Positions 1 through 12,674 of a DNA stretch of 64,000 nt are shown piece after piece; the stretch's first letter is position 1; each line of letters opens with the position of its first letter. Below the pieces are notes generated by a model. The model saw only the letters and a list, made by a program, of their open reading frames with translations, searched no databases and was not told where the DNA came from. Source of the stretch: Mobula hypostoma. Taxonomy: Eukaryota. The stretch spans positions 5,456,001-5,520,000 of the forward strand of contig NC_086098.1 of the NCBI RefSeq assembly GCF_963921235.1. Direction: 5' to 3'. The position numbers and the translations under genes are program-made.

Positions 1-1193
1 CCAGTGTAAGTTCTCAGTTGGATATCTGTAGGCTTTAGATCATTATTTTTGAAATGCCATTCAAACTCTTTTTGTGGAATGACTGAAATAGCCAAGCCAG
101 TGTCCAACTCCATTTTAATTAACTTGCCATTCACTTCTGATGTAAGCCACATTGCCGTTTCTTGTTAGTTTTCACATTTTAAATCTCAAGGCTACACAGT
201 CCTGTGTCACTCTCATGATGCTTCATCAATTTCATGCAGCTTACTGGTGTTTTTGGTGACTTTTTATCTTTTTCTCTGCCCTGTGCAGTCTATTTATCTT
301 TGTCTGCCTGACATACTCTTTGTACTGTATATACTACTGACATACTACTTTGTTGCATTTTCTGCATTTCACCTTTAAACCTGCACTGGTCTGGTGTATG
401 TGAGCCTCTGCCACAGCAGTAACACAATCTGTTTAGCCAGGCAGGTTTCTGTTTAGACATCACATTTTTTTCATGCTCACTTTTATTCCTGACTGCAACT
501 AAATTGTGAATCTGGCTGATGTTTCCATTGATACTGCAATTTCAACTGCTCTTTCACATGTGAGTTGTGCTTCAGTTTAAAGCTGTTTTTGAATGCTTTC
601 TTGTAAGCTTCCATGAATTAAATGATCTTTCAGTGCATCAATAAGCCCATTACCAAACTAACAATACTCAGATAATTTCTTTAATTCAGCCACACACACT
701 GATACGGACATTCCTTCTTTTTGATTCCACTTATGAAACTGAAGTGTTTTGCAATTAACAATGGGTTTGTTCTAAATAACCATGCATTAAGTTCACAATA
801 TTAGCAAAGCTTATATCAGCTTGTTGGTTGGAGCAGTCAAACTTCAAAGCTAATTGTATGCATTTCCAGCTATTACACTTAACAACAATGGCACTCGTTT
901 TTTTATTGGCTATTTCACTTACTTTAAAATACTGCTCAATTTGTTCAGTAAATATCATCGAGTTATCTGTTGTGCAATCAAACATGTCTATTATTCTGAT
1001 GTGGCTAACCATTTCAGCTTTTTAAAATTTATTATTATCACCTGCTACTCAGTTTATGAATCCATGGCTGTACCTGCTGCTTGTTAATTTCATCCATTAT
1101 CTGCCTTTTTTTAACTTGAATGTCTCTCTCCCATTCCAAAGAAACATGGTGGGTAGTCATCTTGGGTTCATTTTAAAACTTCATCGTTGCCAC
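1..1193 (-). mobile_element. Decayed Gypsy-type LTR retrotransposon internal region (PBS, gag, start of protease)
   Basis: Minus-strand translation gives Gypsy Gag-like pieces (ORF 755-1012 IDMFDCTTDN..FTEQIEQYFK..EIANKK; later VAELKKLSEYC and LQESIQKQL) and a protease motif VNGKLIKMELDTGLAISVIP near 80-140. A PBS-like GTGGCAACGATG (1182-1193) follows the LTR end. Many stops and frameshifts. Confidence 0.85.
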
Positions 1194-1414
1194 TGTTATG
1201 TTTTGTAATTCCAGTTACTAATCCAGTAATGGGAGCCCTGGATTGCTTATCTACTTAGTTCTTCTTTAGTTAGGAGCATGGTGCTGTAATGACATATGCC
1301 ATTCACATACTACTTATGTATAACCCATAATGAGTTATGCAAACAAAGAATGCTTAATTAAATAATATATTTACAATATTACTCAAATATTGCTGAGATA
1401 TTGAGCACAGTACA
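1194..1414 (-). mobile_element. 5' LTR of the Gypsy element
   Basis: TG...CA termini (TGTTATG at 1194, AGTACA at 1414), directly adjacent to the PBS. Confidence 0.7.
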
Positions 1415-1750
1415 GCCTTCAAGAAATCCCGCCCATTATTGCAGATGAAGTGAGGGTGTTCGATGAAGCAATCCCACAATCTACATTGGGCTTCACTGAT
1501 GTTGAAGTTCTGGATACAGTATTTGGCTCTGCCAGTCTCGCAAGTGAAGTGTTGCCTCACCTAGAAGGACAGTATTTTTAAAATGGCAGAATAAAAGCAG
1601 TGTCATAATCTTAAACACAAAAGATTCTGCTGATTTTGGTAATCCAGAGCAACATACTCAAGATGCTGGAGGAACTCAGCAGATCAAGCAGCATCTATAG
1701 AGAGAAATAAAAAGCTGACGTTTTGGGCCAAGACCCTTCACCAGGATACA
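1415..1750 (-). mobile_element. Penelope-like element fragments (GIY-YIG remnant, pseudo-LTR with decayed hammerhead)
   Basis: ORF 1354-1560 RQHFTCE..YCI..SEAQCRLWDCFIEH resembles the PLE GIY-YIG region. 1615-1750 matches the pLTR repeat found many times in this window. Confidence 0.7.
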
Positions 1751-2219
1751 ATATGGAGAGGCATAATCCCCTGGTTATGGGAATGCAGAACAACTTCTTG
1801 AGCAACACTTTTTTTTCCCTGAATTCATTGGTCATGTTATTGCCCTGTAGCTCAATTTGACAAGACGATTCTTCTTTATCATTCTCCAGACTGAAGATAA
1901 CAGCCTGAAGACGACTTGCATGACACACTGAACAAAGCCCACAATGGACCCGACCTCGGGAGTTTAAGACTCAATAATCAGAAGAATCATGTTTAAATAA
2001 AGAATGCTTGGTAGAAATTTACAGGATATATCCCCTCGATGGCTGGGGTTAAGAGAATTTATATTACAGCCCTGTCATTCATTTTTCCCACTTTGATATC
2101 TCATATTATTGTTATATCCGTAATAACTTTATTGAAGTTTTTACTAATAAGTGCAAATTTAGTTTAATATGAAGCAAAGAATAAATCTGGTGTATTTTTA
2201 CAGAATTGAATGACACCAA

Positions 2220-2500
2220 ATTATTTTTATTTTATTTTATTTTATTTTATTTAGAGATACAGCACAGAACAGGCCCTTTGAGCCATGCCACCTAGCAACC
2301 CTCTGATTTAACCGTAGCTTAATCATGGGACAATTCACAATGACCAATTCCTTCTAACCCATACATCTTTGGACTGTGGTAGGAATCCGGAGAAAACCCC
2401 TAAGCACCTGGGAAGAAATATACAAACTGGCTTACAGAGGACCCCGGAATTGAACTCCAAACTGCAATGCCCCAAGCTGTAATAGCATCAAAGTAGCCCC
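2220..2500 (-). mobile_element. tRNA-derived V-SINE (HE1-like) with (TTTTA)n tail
   Basis: Reverse complement of the SINE consensus seen at 13460-14310, with B-box-like GAGTTCAATTCC and a V-domain-like core. Confidence 0.75.
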
Positions 2501-3017
2501 AAAGCACTGGCCTGACAGATTTCACCAGCGTGACGCAGGAGAACAATTCTACATGAAAGTGGCTCTATTTAATATTCTAACCCAAGAGCCAGTAACTATT
2601 ATTGTTCAATATATATGAAGCTCCCTCCTCAAATGTGTGTTACGGACTATATCGTTAAATCCAACAAATGGCACCCAGAAGGCATCACATATCACGTTTG
2701 ATCAGAACTGAACGTGTTCTCTAATAGCTGAACCCTCAGATCATGAATTACAGAAATACTGTTGGTAAAAAAATGAATCTCTCCTTTTGCAAGCTACACT
2801 AACTTTTAAAAAAACATAAAACAAAATGAACATCTTCAAATATCACCTTCATACAATGCCATAGCAACATTTATAAAACTTTTCTTTGTGCTTTTAAATG
2901 TATTTTCTTTGTGCTCAACGTCCAATCACTTTAATCCACAATAAATCTTTCTTATATTTTGTTTATATCATCCGATTTTCTATCAGAATTTCTCCTCTTA
3001 TCACTCTTCTTCTGCAG

Positions 3018-3114
3018 ATGGCAATTCGCATTGGGATCTGTTGCCATGGTGATGGGCAGCTTTTCATTACTTCAACAGACTGACCATTCTTCATATACTG
3101 CCCGGGACAGAACA
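3018..3114 (+). CDS. Candidate internal coding exon (97 nt) of unidentified host gene
   Basis: Long polypyrimidine tract TTTCTCCTCTTATCACTCTTCTTCTGCAG, donor ACA|GTGAGC, one open frame (WQFALGSVAMVMGSFSLLQQTDHSSYTARDRT) ending in phase 0. Lies in non-repeat sequence. No protein match recognised. Confidence 0.3.
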
Positions 3115-3246
3115 GTGAGCATTAGAGAGCTATTCAAACATAAGGAAGCTCATTTCTGCGGACAATTCCCTTGCACACTGACAGGCAGTTCCATTGAATG
3201 AACTAATCAGGATGGTTTATAATACTTCAAAAACTTAAAAGGGGTG

Positions 3247-4535
3247 ATTTATTTATTACTTATTGAGATACAGAGCGGAGTAGGCCTTCCTGGCCTTGCA
3301 AGCTGCACCGCTAGCAATCCCCGGCTTAACACTGGCCTAATCACGGGACAATTTACAATGACCAGTTAACCTACTAACCAGTTTATGTCTTTGGACTGTG
3401 GGAGCTGGAGCACCCAGAGGTCACAAAGGACGCAAAGAGTGGGAATAAGGGAGCCTTTCCTGGCTGGCTGCCGGTGACTAGTGATGTTCCACAGGGGTCT
3501 GTGTTGGGGCCGATTCTTTTTACGTTATACGTCAATGATTCGGATGATGGAATTGATGGCTTTGCTGACAATATGAAGATACGGCAGGTAGTTGTGAGGA
3601 AGTAGAGAGGTTACAGAAGGATTTGCACATATTCGGAGAATGGGCAAAGAAATGGCAGATGGAAGACAATGTCGGGAAGTGAATGGGCATGCACTTTGGT
3701 AGAAGAAATGAAAGGGTTGACTATTTTCTAAATGGAGAGAAAATACAAAAAAAAACTGAGGTGGAAGGGGACTTAGGAGTCCTTGTGCAAGATTCCCTAA
3801 AGGTTAATTTGCAAATTGAGTCGATGATGAGGAAGGTCAAATGCAATGTTTCTTGAATTTCAAATGCATTCATTTCAAGAGGACTAGAATATAAAAGCAA
3901 GGATGTAATGTTGAGACTTTATAAATCACTGGTGAGGCCTCACTTGGAGTATTGTCAGCAGGTTTGAGCCCCTTATCTTAGGAAGGGTGTGTCAAAAATG
4001 GAGACAGTTCAAAGGAGGTTCACGGAAATGATTCCCAGATTGAATGGCTTGTCATATGAAGCACATTTGAAGGCTCTGGGCCCGTATTCACTGGAATTCA
4101 GAAGAATGAAGGGTGGCCTCATTGAAATCTATCAAACAGTGAAAGGCATTGACAGAGTGGATGTGGAGAGGATATTTCCTATGGTGGAAGAGTCTAAGAT
4201 GACAGGATACAGCCTCAGAATAGAGGGGCGCCTTTTTAGAATGGAGATGAGGAGGACCTTCTTTTGCAAGAGAGAGTGGTGAATCTGTGGAATTTTTTTT
4301 TGCCACAGGCAGCTGTGGAGGCCAAATCTTTATGTAAATTTAAGGCAGAGGTTGATAGACTCTTGATTGGTCAGGGCATGAAGGGATACAAGAAGGCAGG
4401 AGATTGGGGCTGAGAGGAAAATTGGATCAGCCGTGATGAATTCTGCTCCTATATCTTATACCTTATGGATACGGGGAGAATGTACAAACTCCTAACAGGC
4501 AACGGCATGCATTGAACCAGGGTCACCGGTGTACG
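3247..4535 (-). mobile_element. V-SINE split by a CR1 insertion (SINE parts ~3247-3420 and ~4470-4535)
   Basis: SINE consensus stops at CACCCAGAGG (3420) and resumes at ACGGGGAGAATGTACAAACTCC (4471). Confidence 0.75.
3421..4468 (+). mobile_element. 5'-truncated CR1 LINE (RT C-terminal part and 3' UTR), degenerate
   Basis: VTSDVPQGSVLGP and ETVQRRFTEMIP..YSLEFRRMKG motifs; CR1-type 3' tail CCTATATCTTATACCTTATGG. Confidence 0.9.
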
Positions 4536-4970
4536 GCAGAAACCATGTAGACATGGTCAAGAGGTTCAGTTGTTGTTCAGACCAAACATCGGAATTGAGA
4601 GGAAGAGTGATCTAAGTGACTTTGACCGTGGTATGATTGTTGGTGTCGGACAGGGTAGTCTGAGTATCTCAGAAACTGCTGATCTCCTGGGATTTTCACA
4701 CACAACAGTCTCTAGAGTTTACAGAGAATGGTGCGAAAAACAAAAAAAACATCTAGTTGAGCAGCAGTTCTGTGGGTGAAAACGCCTTGTTAATGAGAGA
4801 GATCAGAGGAGAGTGGCCAGACAGGTTCAAACTGACAGGAAGGTGACAGTAACTCAAATAACCACATGTTACAACAGTGGTGTGCAGAAGAGTATCTCTG
4901 AATGCACAACACATCAAGCCTTGAAGTTACTGGCACAGGAGGTAACTAATAAAGTGGTCAGGGAGTGTAT
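4536..4970 (+). mobile_element. Non-autonomous Tc1/mariner element (N-terminal HTH remnant)
   Basis: ORFs KSDLSDFDRGMIVG..SISETADLLGFSHTTVSRVYREW and ARQVQTDRKVTVTQITT; right end AATAAAGTGGTCAGGGAGTGTA. Same family at 28482 and 31795. Confidence 0.85.
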
Positions 4971-5386
4971 TTCTCTTTTAGCAGGCATCCCATTACTTTC
5001 CAACCATTGACGTCACTCCATTGCTTAACTATCTACCTTAAAAACTTCACATCTATGAGCAGTGTAAAGAGATTTAATCTGAGATCCCCAACCTCCAACA
5101 ATAATTGGTAAATCCATGAAGCACACAAGAGATGAGAAATTGCTATTTATATTCATTGTTAAAAGATAAGTTCAAACTCAAGTTAATTGTCATTCAACCT
5201 TATACATGTAGAGTATGCCGTTAAATGAAGCAATGTTCCTCCAGACCAAGGTGCACAACACAGTGCACACAACTCACACACAATAAATAATGTGTTATTA
5301 CCACAAATAATCTAACAAATAATTAAATATATTCCAGAAGACTGACAGTTAGGTGCATTTTTGACACAAGTTAAAATGTAGACAAT

Positions 5387-5888
5387 ATGCTTCTGCCATG
5401 ATGAGGCCATTCGCAGGGTGGAGGAGCAACACTTTCTTATTCTGTCTGGGTAGCCTCCAATCTGATGGCATGAACATCGATTTCTCCTCCCAATAACTTT
5501 TCTTTCTTTTTCCCTCCCCCTTCGCTCTTCTTCTATTCCCAGTTCTGGCCTCCTACCTCTCCTCCTCATGTGCCTCACCTCTCCATGGTGCTCCTCGTCC
5601 TTCCCTTTCTCTCCACTCTCCTCTCCTATTAGAATCCTTCTTCTCCAGCCCTTTACCTTTCCCAATCATCTAACTTCACTAATCACCTTCTAGATATCCT
5701 CCCTCCCCTCCCCACACCCTTTTATTCAGGTGTTTTCCCCCTTCCTTTCCAGTCCCAATGAAGAGTCTTGGCCCCAAGTGCCAACTATTTATTCATCTCT
5801 ATAGATGCTCCTTAACCTGTTGAGTTCCTCCAGCATTTTGAGTGTGTTGTTCTGGATTTCCAGCATCTGAAGAATCCTTGTGTTTATG
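5387..5888 (+). mobile_element. Penelope-like element 3' fragment (end of GIY-YIG ORF plus pLTR, hammerhead decayed)
   Basis: CHDEAIRRVEEQH..LGSLQSDGMNIDFS motif, pyrimidine-rich linker and pLTR consensus. Confidence 0.8.
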
Positions 5889-5994
5889 CTTACCTGTGTC
5901 ACCTCCTACACTTTCCTCCAATAATCTTAAAATAGTGTCACCCGGTATTAGTCATTTCCACCCTGGGGAAAAGACCACTTGATCTATGTCTCTT

Positions 5995-7062
5995 ATTAGA
6001 TTAGATTAGATTAGATTCAACTTTACTGTCATTGTGCCGAGTACAGATGCAAAGCCAATGAAATGCAGTTAGCATCTGACCAGAAATGCAAAGAATAGTG
6101 TTATTTACAAAATAACTGTGAATAAAAAGTGCTACAGCACACAAATATAAAAGTACTGAGACAGTACAATATGGGTGCAATACTGCTTAGCGCTGTGATG
6201 TGAGGTTCAGCAGTGTCACAGCCTCAGGGAAGAAGCTCTTCCTGTGCCTGCTGGTGCGGAAGCAGAGGCTCCTGTAGCACCTACTGGATGGGAGGAGAGT
6301 AAAAAGTCCATGGTTAGGGTGAGATGCATCCTTGATAATGCTTTTCGCCCTGCCCAGGCAGCATTTATGGTAGATATTCTCAATGGTGGGCAATTGGGTG
6401 CCGATAATCCGCTGGGCAGTTTTCACCACACGCTGGACTTTGCGGTCCAATATGGTACAATTGCCGTACCACACTGAGATGCAGTTTGTGAGTATGCTCT
6501 CAATGGTACAGCGGTAAAAGTCCGTCAGTATCCTGGGACAGAGGTCAGATTTCTTGATGCTCCGCAGGAAATAAAGGTGCTGTTGCACCTTTTTGATCAG
6601 GACGGAGGAGTTCAGGGACCAGGTGAGATCCTCGGAAATGTGGACACCAAGGAATTTGAAGCTTGGTACACACTCCATTACAGCTCAATTAATGTAGATG
6701 GGGACGTGAGTGTGGCTCCTAGCATGCCTGAAGTCCACAATGATCTCCTTGGTCTTCTGGGTGCTGAGGGCCAGGTTGTTGTCGGCACACCACGCAGCCA
6801 AGTGCTGGACCTCATCCCTGTAGGCCGTCTCGTCATCCCCTCTGATCAGGCCAACCACCATGGTGTCGTCTGCGAACTTGATTATGGAGATAGAACCATG
6901 TACAGGATGCAGCTATAGGTGAAAAGGGAGTACAAACCAGGGCTCAGCACACAGCCTTGAGGCATGCCGGTGTTCAGGGTGAGAGTGGAGGAGCAGAGTT
7001 TGTCTAACTTAACTGATTGGGGTCTGTTAGTCAGAAAGTCCAAGGTCCAATTGCAGAGGGAT
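5995..7062 (-). mobile_element. Rex1/Babar-type LINE 3' fragment
   Basis: ORF 6187-6678 FKFLGVHISEDLTWS..FYRCTIESILTNCISVWYG; KFADDTMVVGLI near 6870; (ATTAG)n tail at ~5995-6018. Confidence 0.9.
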
Positions 7063-8945
7063 ACTTATACTTTATACTTTATTGTCGTTAAACTATTGGT
7101 ACTAGAACGTACAATCATCAAGCGATATTTGATTCTGCGCTTCACACTCCCTGGATTACAAATACTAAATACTAAAAATTAGTAAATATTAAAAATTTAA
7201 ATTATAAATCATAAATAGAAAGTAGAAAAATGGGAAGTAATGTAGTGCAAAAAAACTGAGAGGCAGGTCCGGATATTTGGAGGGTACGGCCCAGATCTGG
7301 GTCAGGATCTGTTCAGCAGTCTTATCACAGTTGGAAGGAAGCTGTTCCCAAATCTGGCCATAGGAGTCTTCAAGCTCCTGAGCCTTCTCCCGGAGGGAAG
7401 AGGGACGAAAAGTGTGTTGGCTGGGTGGGTCGTGTCCTTGATTATCCTGGCAGCACTGCTCCGACAGTGTGCGGTGTAAAGTGAGTCCATGGACGGGAGA
7501 TTGGTTAGTGTGATGTGCTGCACTGTGTTCACGATCTTCTGCAGCTTCTTTCGGTCTTGGACAGGACAACTTCCATACCAGGTTGTGATGCACCCTAGAA
7601 GAATGCTTTCTACAGTGCATCTATAAAAATTAGTGAGGGTTTTAGGGGACAGGCCAAATTTCCTTAGTTTTCTCAGGAAGTAAAGGAGCTGGTGGGCCTT
7701 CTTAGTAGTGAACTCTGCTTGGTTGGACCAAGTCAGGTCATTTGGGATGAGCTGATACCAACCTGGCAAAGTTTAGCGTTCAGCTTGGAGGGGATCACAG
7801 TATTGAATGCCGAACTAAAGTCAATGAACAGCATTCTGACGTAAGAGTTGGGGCTGCCCAGGTGGGTCAGGGCAGAGTGAAGTGCAGTGGAGATGGCGTC
7901 CTCTGTTGACCCATTGGTGCGATAGGCAAATTGATGGGGGACCAGGGTAGTGGGCAGACAGGATTTCAGATGTGATAGAACCAGTCTCTCAAAGCACTTC
8001 GCAATGATGGGGGTGAGTGCAACTGGGCGGAAGTCAATCAGGCCCGTGGCATTGGAATGCTTCGGCAATGGCACGATGGTGGTAATCTTGAAGTTAGTGG
8101 GGACAACTGCCTGGGCCAGGGACAGATTAAAAATGTCTGTGAAGACCCCGGCCAACTGCCCTGCACAGACTCTGAGCACACGGCCAGGTATTCCATCTGG
8201 ACCAGCTGCCTTCCGTACATTCACTCTGCTCAGGGTGGCACAAACATCAGAGGTGGAAAGTGAGAGAGGCAGTTCACCAGGTGGGAGATCCGCTTTGAGG
8301 GTGACCTCCTTGTTCTCTCGGTCAAAGTGAGTGCAGAAGAAATTGAGCTCATCAGGGAGGGAAGCAGAGCTGGAAGGGGGCACACTACTAGGTGGTTTGA
8401 AGTTTGTAATGACCTGTATGCCATGCCACGTGCGCCAGGGGTCTGAGGAGTTGAAATGCTCCTCAATTCTCTGTTTGTATATGTGTTTAGCCTGAGAGAT
8501 TCCCCTCCTCAGGTTGACCCTGGCTGAGCTGTAAGCCTCCCGGTCTCCAGACCTGAAGGCTGAATCTCTGGCTTTGAGCAGGAGGTGAACTTCTCTGTTC
8601 ACCCATGGTTTCTGATTGGGGAAAACTTTTATTTGTTTTTGTGATGTCACTCTACCTACACACTTGTTGATGTGCTCAAGGACAGAGTTGGTATATAAAT
8701 CAATGTTAACCTGAGAGTCTGTGGTGGTATGGGCAGCAAACGGGCTCCAGTCTGTGTGTTGGAATTGGTGCTGAAGAGCAGAGTCAGCACCCTCCAGCCA
8801 GATCTCAATAATCTTCATTGTGGGTTTCACACGTTTAATGACCGGGCTATACTCGGGAAGCAGAAACAGTGAAAGATGGTCGGACTGTCCCAGGTGGGGG
8901 AGGGTAGTGGTTTTGTAAGCGTCAGCCACATTTGTATAGACATGA
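7063..8945 (-). mobile_element. Rex1/Babar-type LINE, internally deleted (EN end, RT N-half, 3' end)
   Basis: 398-aa ORF 7733-8929 with HLGQSDH (EN end), KAAGPDG, FRPVALT, HQFAYR and LFIDFSSAFNT. It jumps at ~7742 to the C-terminal region (ORF 7302-7769), so the catalytic xADD motif is missing. Confidence 0.9.
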
Positions 8946-9120
8946 TCTTGTATACCTTGTAGGCATCATCTTGTTTACCTCCATCATATCTCATCATAAC
9001 GCTTGGTTTGTTTTATTGATACAATATTCTATTGACTGGTGTTGACGGTTTGCTTTGGTGTATTGACTTTGAAATCAAAAACATTATTTCTAAATTTGGA
9101 GATAATTCAAGGGAGAGGGG

Positions 9121-9788
9121 CAACATTCCTTTTCTTGTTTTTCATAGCTGCGCAGACCAACTATTCCTCTGAGGAATAGTTTTTACTAATAGTTTTTTTA
9201 CAGTTTTAATATTTTAATATTTAATATTTGTAATCCAGGGAGCGGGAAGTGCAGAATCAAATATCGCTGTGATGATTGTACGTTCTAGTATCAATTGTTT
9301 GGCAACAATGAAGTATAAAGGAGAAAATTCTTACAGGGCATGGAAACGTGTAGCAAGTTAAATGTTTTTCTTTTGTAATATACATACTGTGACTACTTAA
9401 AATGAAAATGGCATCAGCATTCAGGTGGCCAGTGGTTTATTAACAATGAGCTATCAACTTCCATTCGGTGTTTATTGTTACAATTTGTAACAGTGTTGTA
9501 ACTGGAAACACTGACAGTGTGAACACAATGAAGCTCTAAAATATTTCAAAGTAAAGGTTGTGGTAGATTTATTATTTAGAAAATTTATGAATTATACTAA
9601 TTAGCATAATTAACTTCAAGGTATTTCACACTATATCAATATAGATTTCAAAATTATATTAGCATAATTTCAAAGTTTTTTTAACATTAAAAAAGTAACC
9701 GAGTTGCATGGCAACGTGGCTATGTGCGCGGGAGAATTTCAGTTACTGCGTGGCTTCGCATTCATGCAGCTTATTGAGGGGCTGTGAT
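9121..9788. mobile_element. Old hAT-like MITE remnant interrupted by a Rex-type 3' tail (~9200-9320, +)
   Basis: Ends loosely resemble the MITE at 12469-12674 (CAACATTCC.. and GCAGCTTATTGAGGGGCTGTG). 9200-9320 is the reverse complement of the LINE tail at 7063-7200. Confidence 0.4.
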
Positions 9789-10059
9789 CATTGGAGAGAA
9801 GGACTGTACAGATTACAGCTGCGTGTTAATGAACTTGCAGAATGGGCAAACAATTATTGGATAAGTTTCAACTTATGAAGGGCCTCAGTTCGAAACATCG
9901 ACTGTTTATTTCCCTCCATAAATGCTGCCTGACTTGTTGAGTTCCTCCACCACTAGCATTTTGTGTGTGTTGCTCAATACTGACTGTACCCATCTTCTGA
10001 AATTGTTGAAATAATAATTACATGATTATGTACAGTAAATAACATTTATGGGCAGTGGG

Positions 10060-10290
10060 CTGGTATGGCAGCTTAGCGGTTAGCTTAATGCTTTACAGCT
10101 GCAGCAATCGGGGTTCAATTTCCGGCACTGGCTTATGTTCTCTCCTGTGGCATGTGGGCTTCCTTCAGCTTCCGCTGCTCTGCTTTCCTTCCACGGTTCA
10201 AAAGTGTACGGGTTCGTAGGTTACCTGGTCACATGGGTGTAACTGGATGGTGCGGACACTGTGCTGCCTCTCTAAATAAGTAAAATAAAA
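10060..10290 (+). mobile_element. V-SINE (HE1-like), diverged
   Basis: A-box-like GGCAGCTTAGCGGTTAGC, B-box GGGTTCAATTTCC, V-domain-like core. Confidence 0.75.
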
Positions 10291-11336
10291 AAAGATGGTG
10301 ATCCTTACGCTGATAGAGAAAGTTCCTTAGACATAAGTGTATAAACAATGATCCAGGTAATCTGTTACACCTGAAACCCTGTACAAGTCAGGTAGGGGGT
10401 TGATCACCATTTCTTACTGCAGTACTCCAGTCCTGTGAATCTCCTGTTATTGAAATGGATACAGCACAATCCTGGAGATCATTCTCAGGCGTCTGAAGCT
10501 ATTTATTATTTCTTTACTTGGATTGAGAAGGAAATTACGGGATGGTAGTTTGTAGATATTTTATTTAACTCAGGCCAATGACTCAGGGAAGGAAACCATT
10601 TAATTTTCTTTGTATTACTTTGTAAAATAATTGAAGTCAGATGGCTGACCATAACGGCTGTTTCATTTCAGATTCAGAATCAGGTGTTTTACAACTAACA
10701 TACAGTATGTTGTGAAATGTGTTGCTTTGTTGAAGCAGTACAGTGCAACACATAAAAAGTATTTTATGTTAAAATTAGAAATACAAATGATCAATAAGTC
10801 ATGCAAAAAACGGAGCAAGATAGTGCGGGGGTGATCGTGGGTTCATTGTCTATTCAGAAATCTGATGCCAGAGGGGAAGAAGCTGTTCCAAAAATATTGA
10901 GTGTGCATCTTCATCCTCCTATACCTCCTCCTTGTTGGTGGTAATGAGAAGAGGGTAATTCCTGAATGGTGAGTGTCCTTTAAAAAGTGGGACTTCCCAA
11001 AAGACAAACATTTTAATTCCCATCCCCATTCCTACTCTGACAAGTCAGTCCATAACCTCCTCTTGTGTCAAGATGAGGCCACGCTCAGGCTGAAGGAGCA
11101 ACACCTTATATTCCATCTGTGTGTTCTCCAACCTGATGGCATGAATATTGATTTCTCCTTCCAGTAAAAAAAATCCCTCCCCCTCCTCTCTCCTATTCTC
11201 CATTCTGACCTCTTAGCTTTTCTCGCTTACCTATCATCTGCCCCGGCTCCTTCCTCCTTCCCTTTCTCCTATGATCCACTCTCCTCTCCTATCGGATTCA
11301 TTCCTCTCCAGCCCTTTAGCTTTCCTACCCACCTGG

Positions 11337-11500
11337 CTTCACATACCATCTTCTAGCTAAACTCCTTCATCTTCACATACAATCTTCTAGCTATCCTCCT
11401 TCATCTTCACATACCATCTTCTAGCTATCCTCCTTCATCTTCACATACCATCTTCTAGCTATTCTATTTCATCTTCACATATCATCCAGCTATCCTCCTT
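11337..11500. repeat. 34-bp minisatellite, ~4.8 copies (CTTCACATACCATCTTCTAGCTATCCTCCTTCAT)
   Basis: Units start at 11337, 11371, 11405, 11439 and 11473, with no spacers. Confidence 0.9.
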
Positions 11501-11545
11501 CCCCTCCCACCACCTTTTTATTCTGGCATCTTCCCCTTCCTTTCC

Positions 11546-11580
11546 AGTCCTGATGAAGGGTCTTGCCCGAAATGTCAACT
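11546..11580 (+). ncRNA. Minimal type-I hammerhead ribozyme motif (PLE), stem I weakened
   Basis: AGTC-CTGATGA-A-GGGTCTTGCCC-GAAA-T-GTC-AACT. Confidence 0.65.
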
Positions 11581-12164
11581 ATTTACTCGTTTTCCATAGA
11601 TGCTGCCTGACCTGCTGAGTTCCTCCAGCATCTTGTGTGTGTTGTTTAATAATGGATGCTGCCTTCCTGAGGCACTGTATTTGAAGATGTCCTTGATGGT
11701 GGACATGATGGTGAATTATATCTATTTAGTAAGAAATAAAGCAGCCTAATTAATTTGGATTTAGTTTATCAGAAATGTTCTTGTTCACCACTGAGAATTC
11801 TGAAAATGCAAATGACACAGAAACGCAGCTTCTGTGATGTGCCACGGGAGAGTGGGACTCTAACCCTGAAAGGACATGAACTCTCATCCCATGGAAAGTA
11901 AAGTGTTGAACCTGAGATGATTGTTTGGTGCTTGCTCGTTGGTTGGTAGCCTCAGTTTAACCTTTATTATGGGTTCAGATTAGTTTCATTTGTCACACTA
12001 CAATGAATCAGAATCAGAATCAGGTTTAAATCACAGGCAATGCCAATGTATATTCAGTAAGTGGTGCAAAAAGTGAAAACAGAAGTAGTGAGGTAGTGTT
12101 CATGGGTTCCATGTCCATTCAGAAATCCGGTAACAGAGAGGAGGAAGCTGTTCCAGCATCATTG

Positions 12165-12435
12165 AGATATCGAAATGTACAGTGAAATGTGTAGTGTGGG
12201 TCAATGATCTATACAGTCTGAAGACTGTGTTGGCAGCACCCCCCAGGTATTGTTACAGTTTTGGCAGCAAAATCGCATAGCCACAAATCACTAACCCTAA
12301 CTTGTACATCTTTGGAAAGTGGGAGGAAACTGGAGAACATGGAGGAAACCGATACAATCCCCTCACAGATGGCGGTGGGCATTGAACCCTCGTCCATAGT
12401 GCTGTCATAGCATTGTATTAACCGTTACACTACCT
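12165..12435 (-). mobile_element. V-SINE, diverged
   Basis: TTTGGAAAGTGGGAGGAAACTGGAG..GGAGGAAACC is the reverse complement of the V-domain core. Confidence 0.7.
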
Positions 12436-12468
12436 TTCAATTTGACTTTGACCATGCCATCCCGTAAC

Positions 12469-12674
12469 CACTGTTCCCTCTATCTAAGCAGTGCAGGTGC
12501 ACATCTCGCAGTAACTGATATGCTCCTGTACACATAGGCTCCTGTACACAGCTGGAATTTTCTTAATATGTAGGCACTTAAAGTGCCGCACAGTTTTCAA
12601 GCTGTGTAAAAAGTCTCCTGCTTGGAGCAATGATTGGTCAGAGCAGCTGTAAAAAAAAATTAGAGGGTAAGTTG
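12469..12674. mobile_element. hAT-like MITE (~205 bp)
   Basis: Imperfect TIRs CACTGTTCCCTCTA / TAGAGGGTAAGTTG and a near 8-bp TSD CCCGTAAC / CCCGGAAA. Confidence 0.6.

Larger units (their letters stand above)
10985..11645 (+). mobile_element. Penelope-like element 3' fragment inserted in a Rex-type LINE tail
   Basis: ORF 10973-11167 HFNSHPHSYSD..CQDEATLRLKEQHLIFHL..QPDGMNIDFS (GIY-YIG C-terminus), followed by a pLTR with a hammerhead at 11546-11580. Confidence 0.85.

Noticed and set aside
1889..2010. Exon after the strong acceptor TTCTTTATCATTCTCCAG
   Set aside because: Stops in all three frames and no good donor.
9703..9715. X-box-like palindrome GTTGCATGGCAAC
   Set aside because: Lies within a probable decayed MITE; a single motif is insufficient evidence.
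11337..11500. 34-bp direct repeats resembling a CRISPR array
   Set aside because: Units are contiguous with no unique spacers, sit inside a PLE, and there are no cas genes; eukaryotic context.
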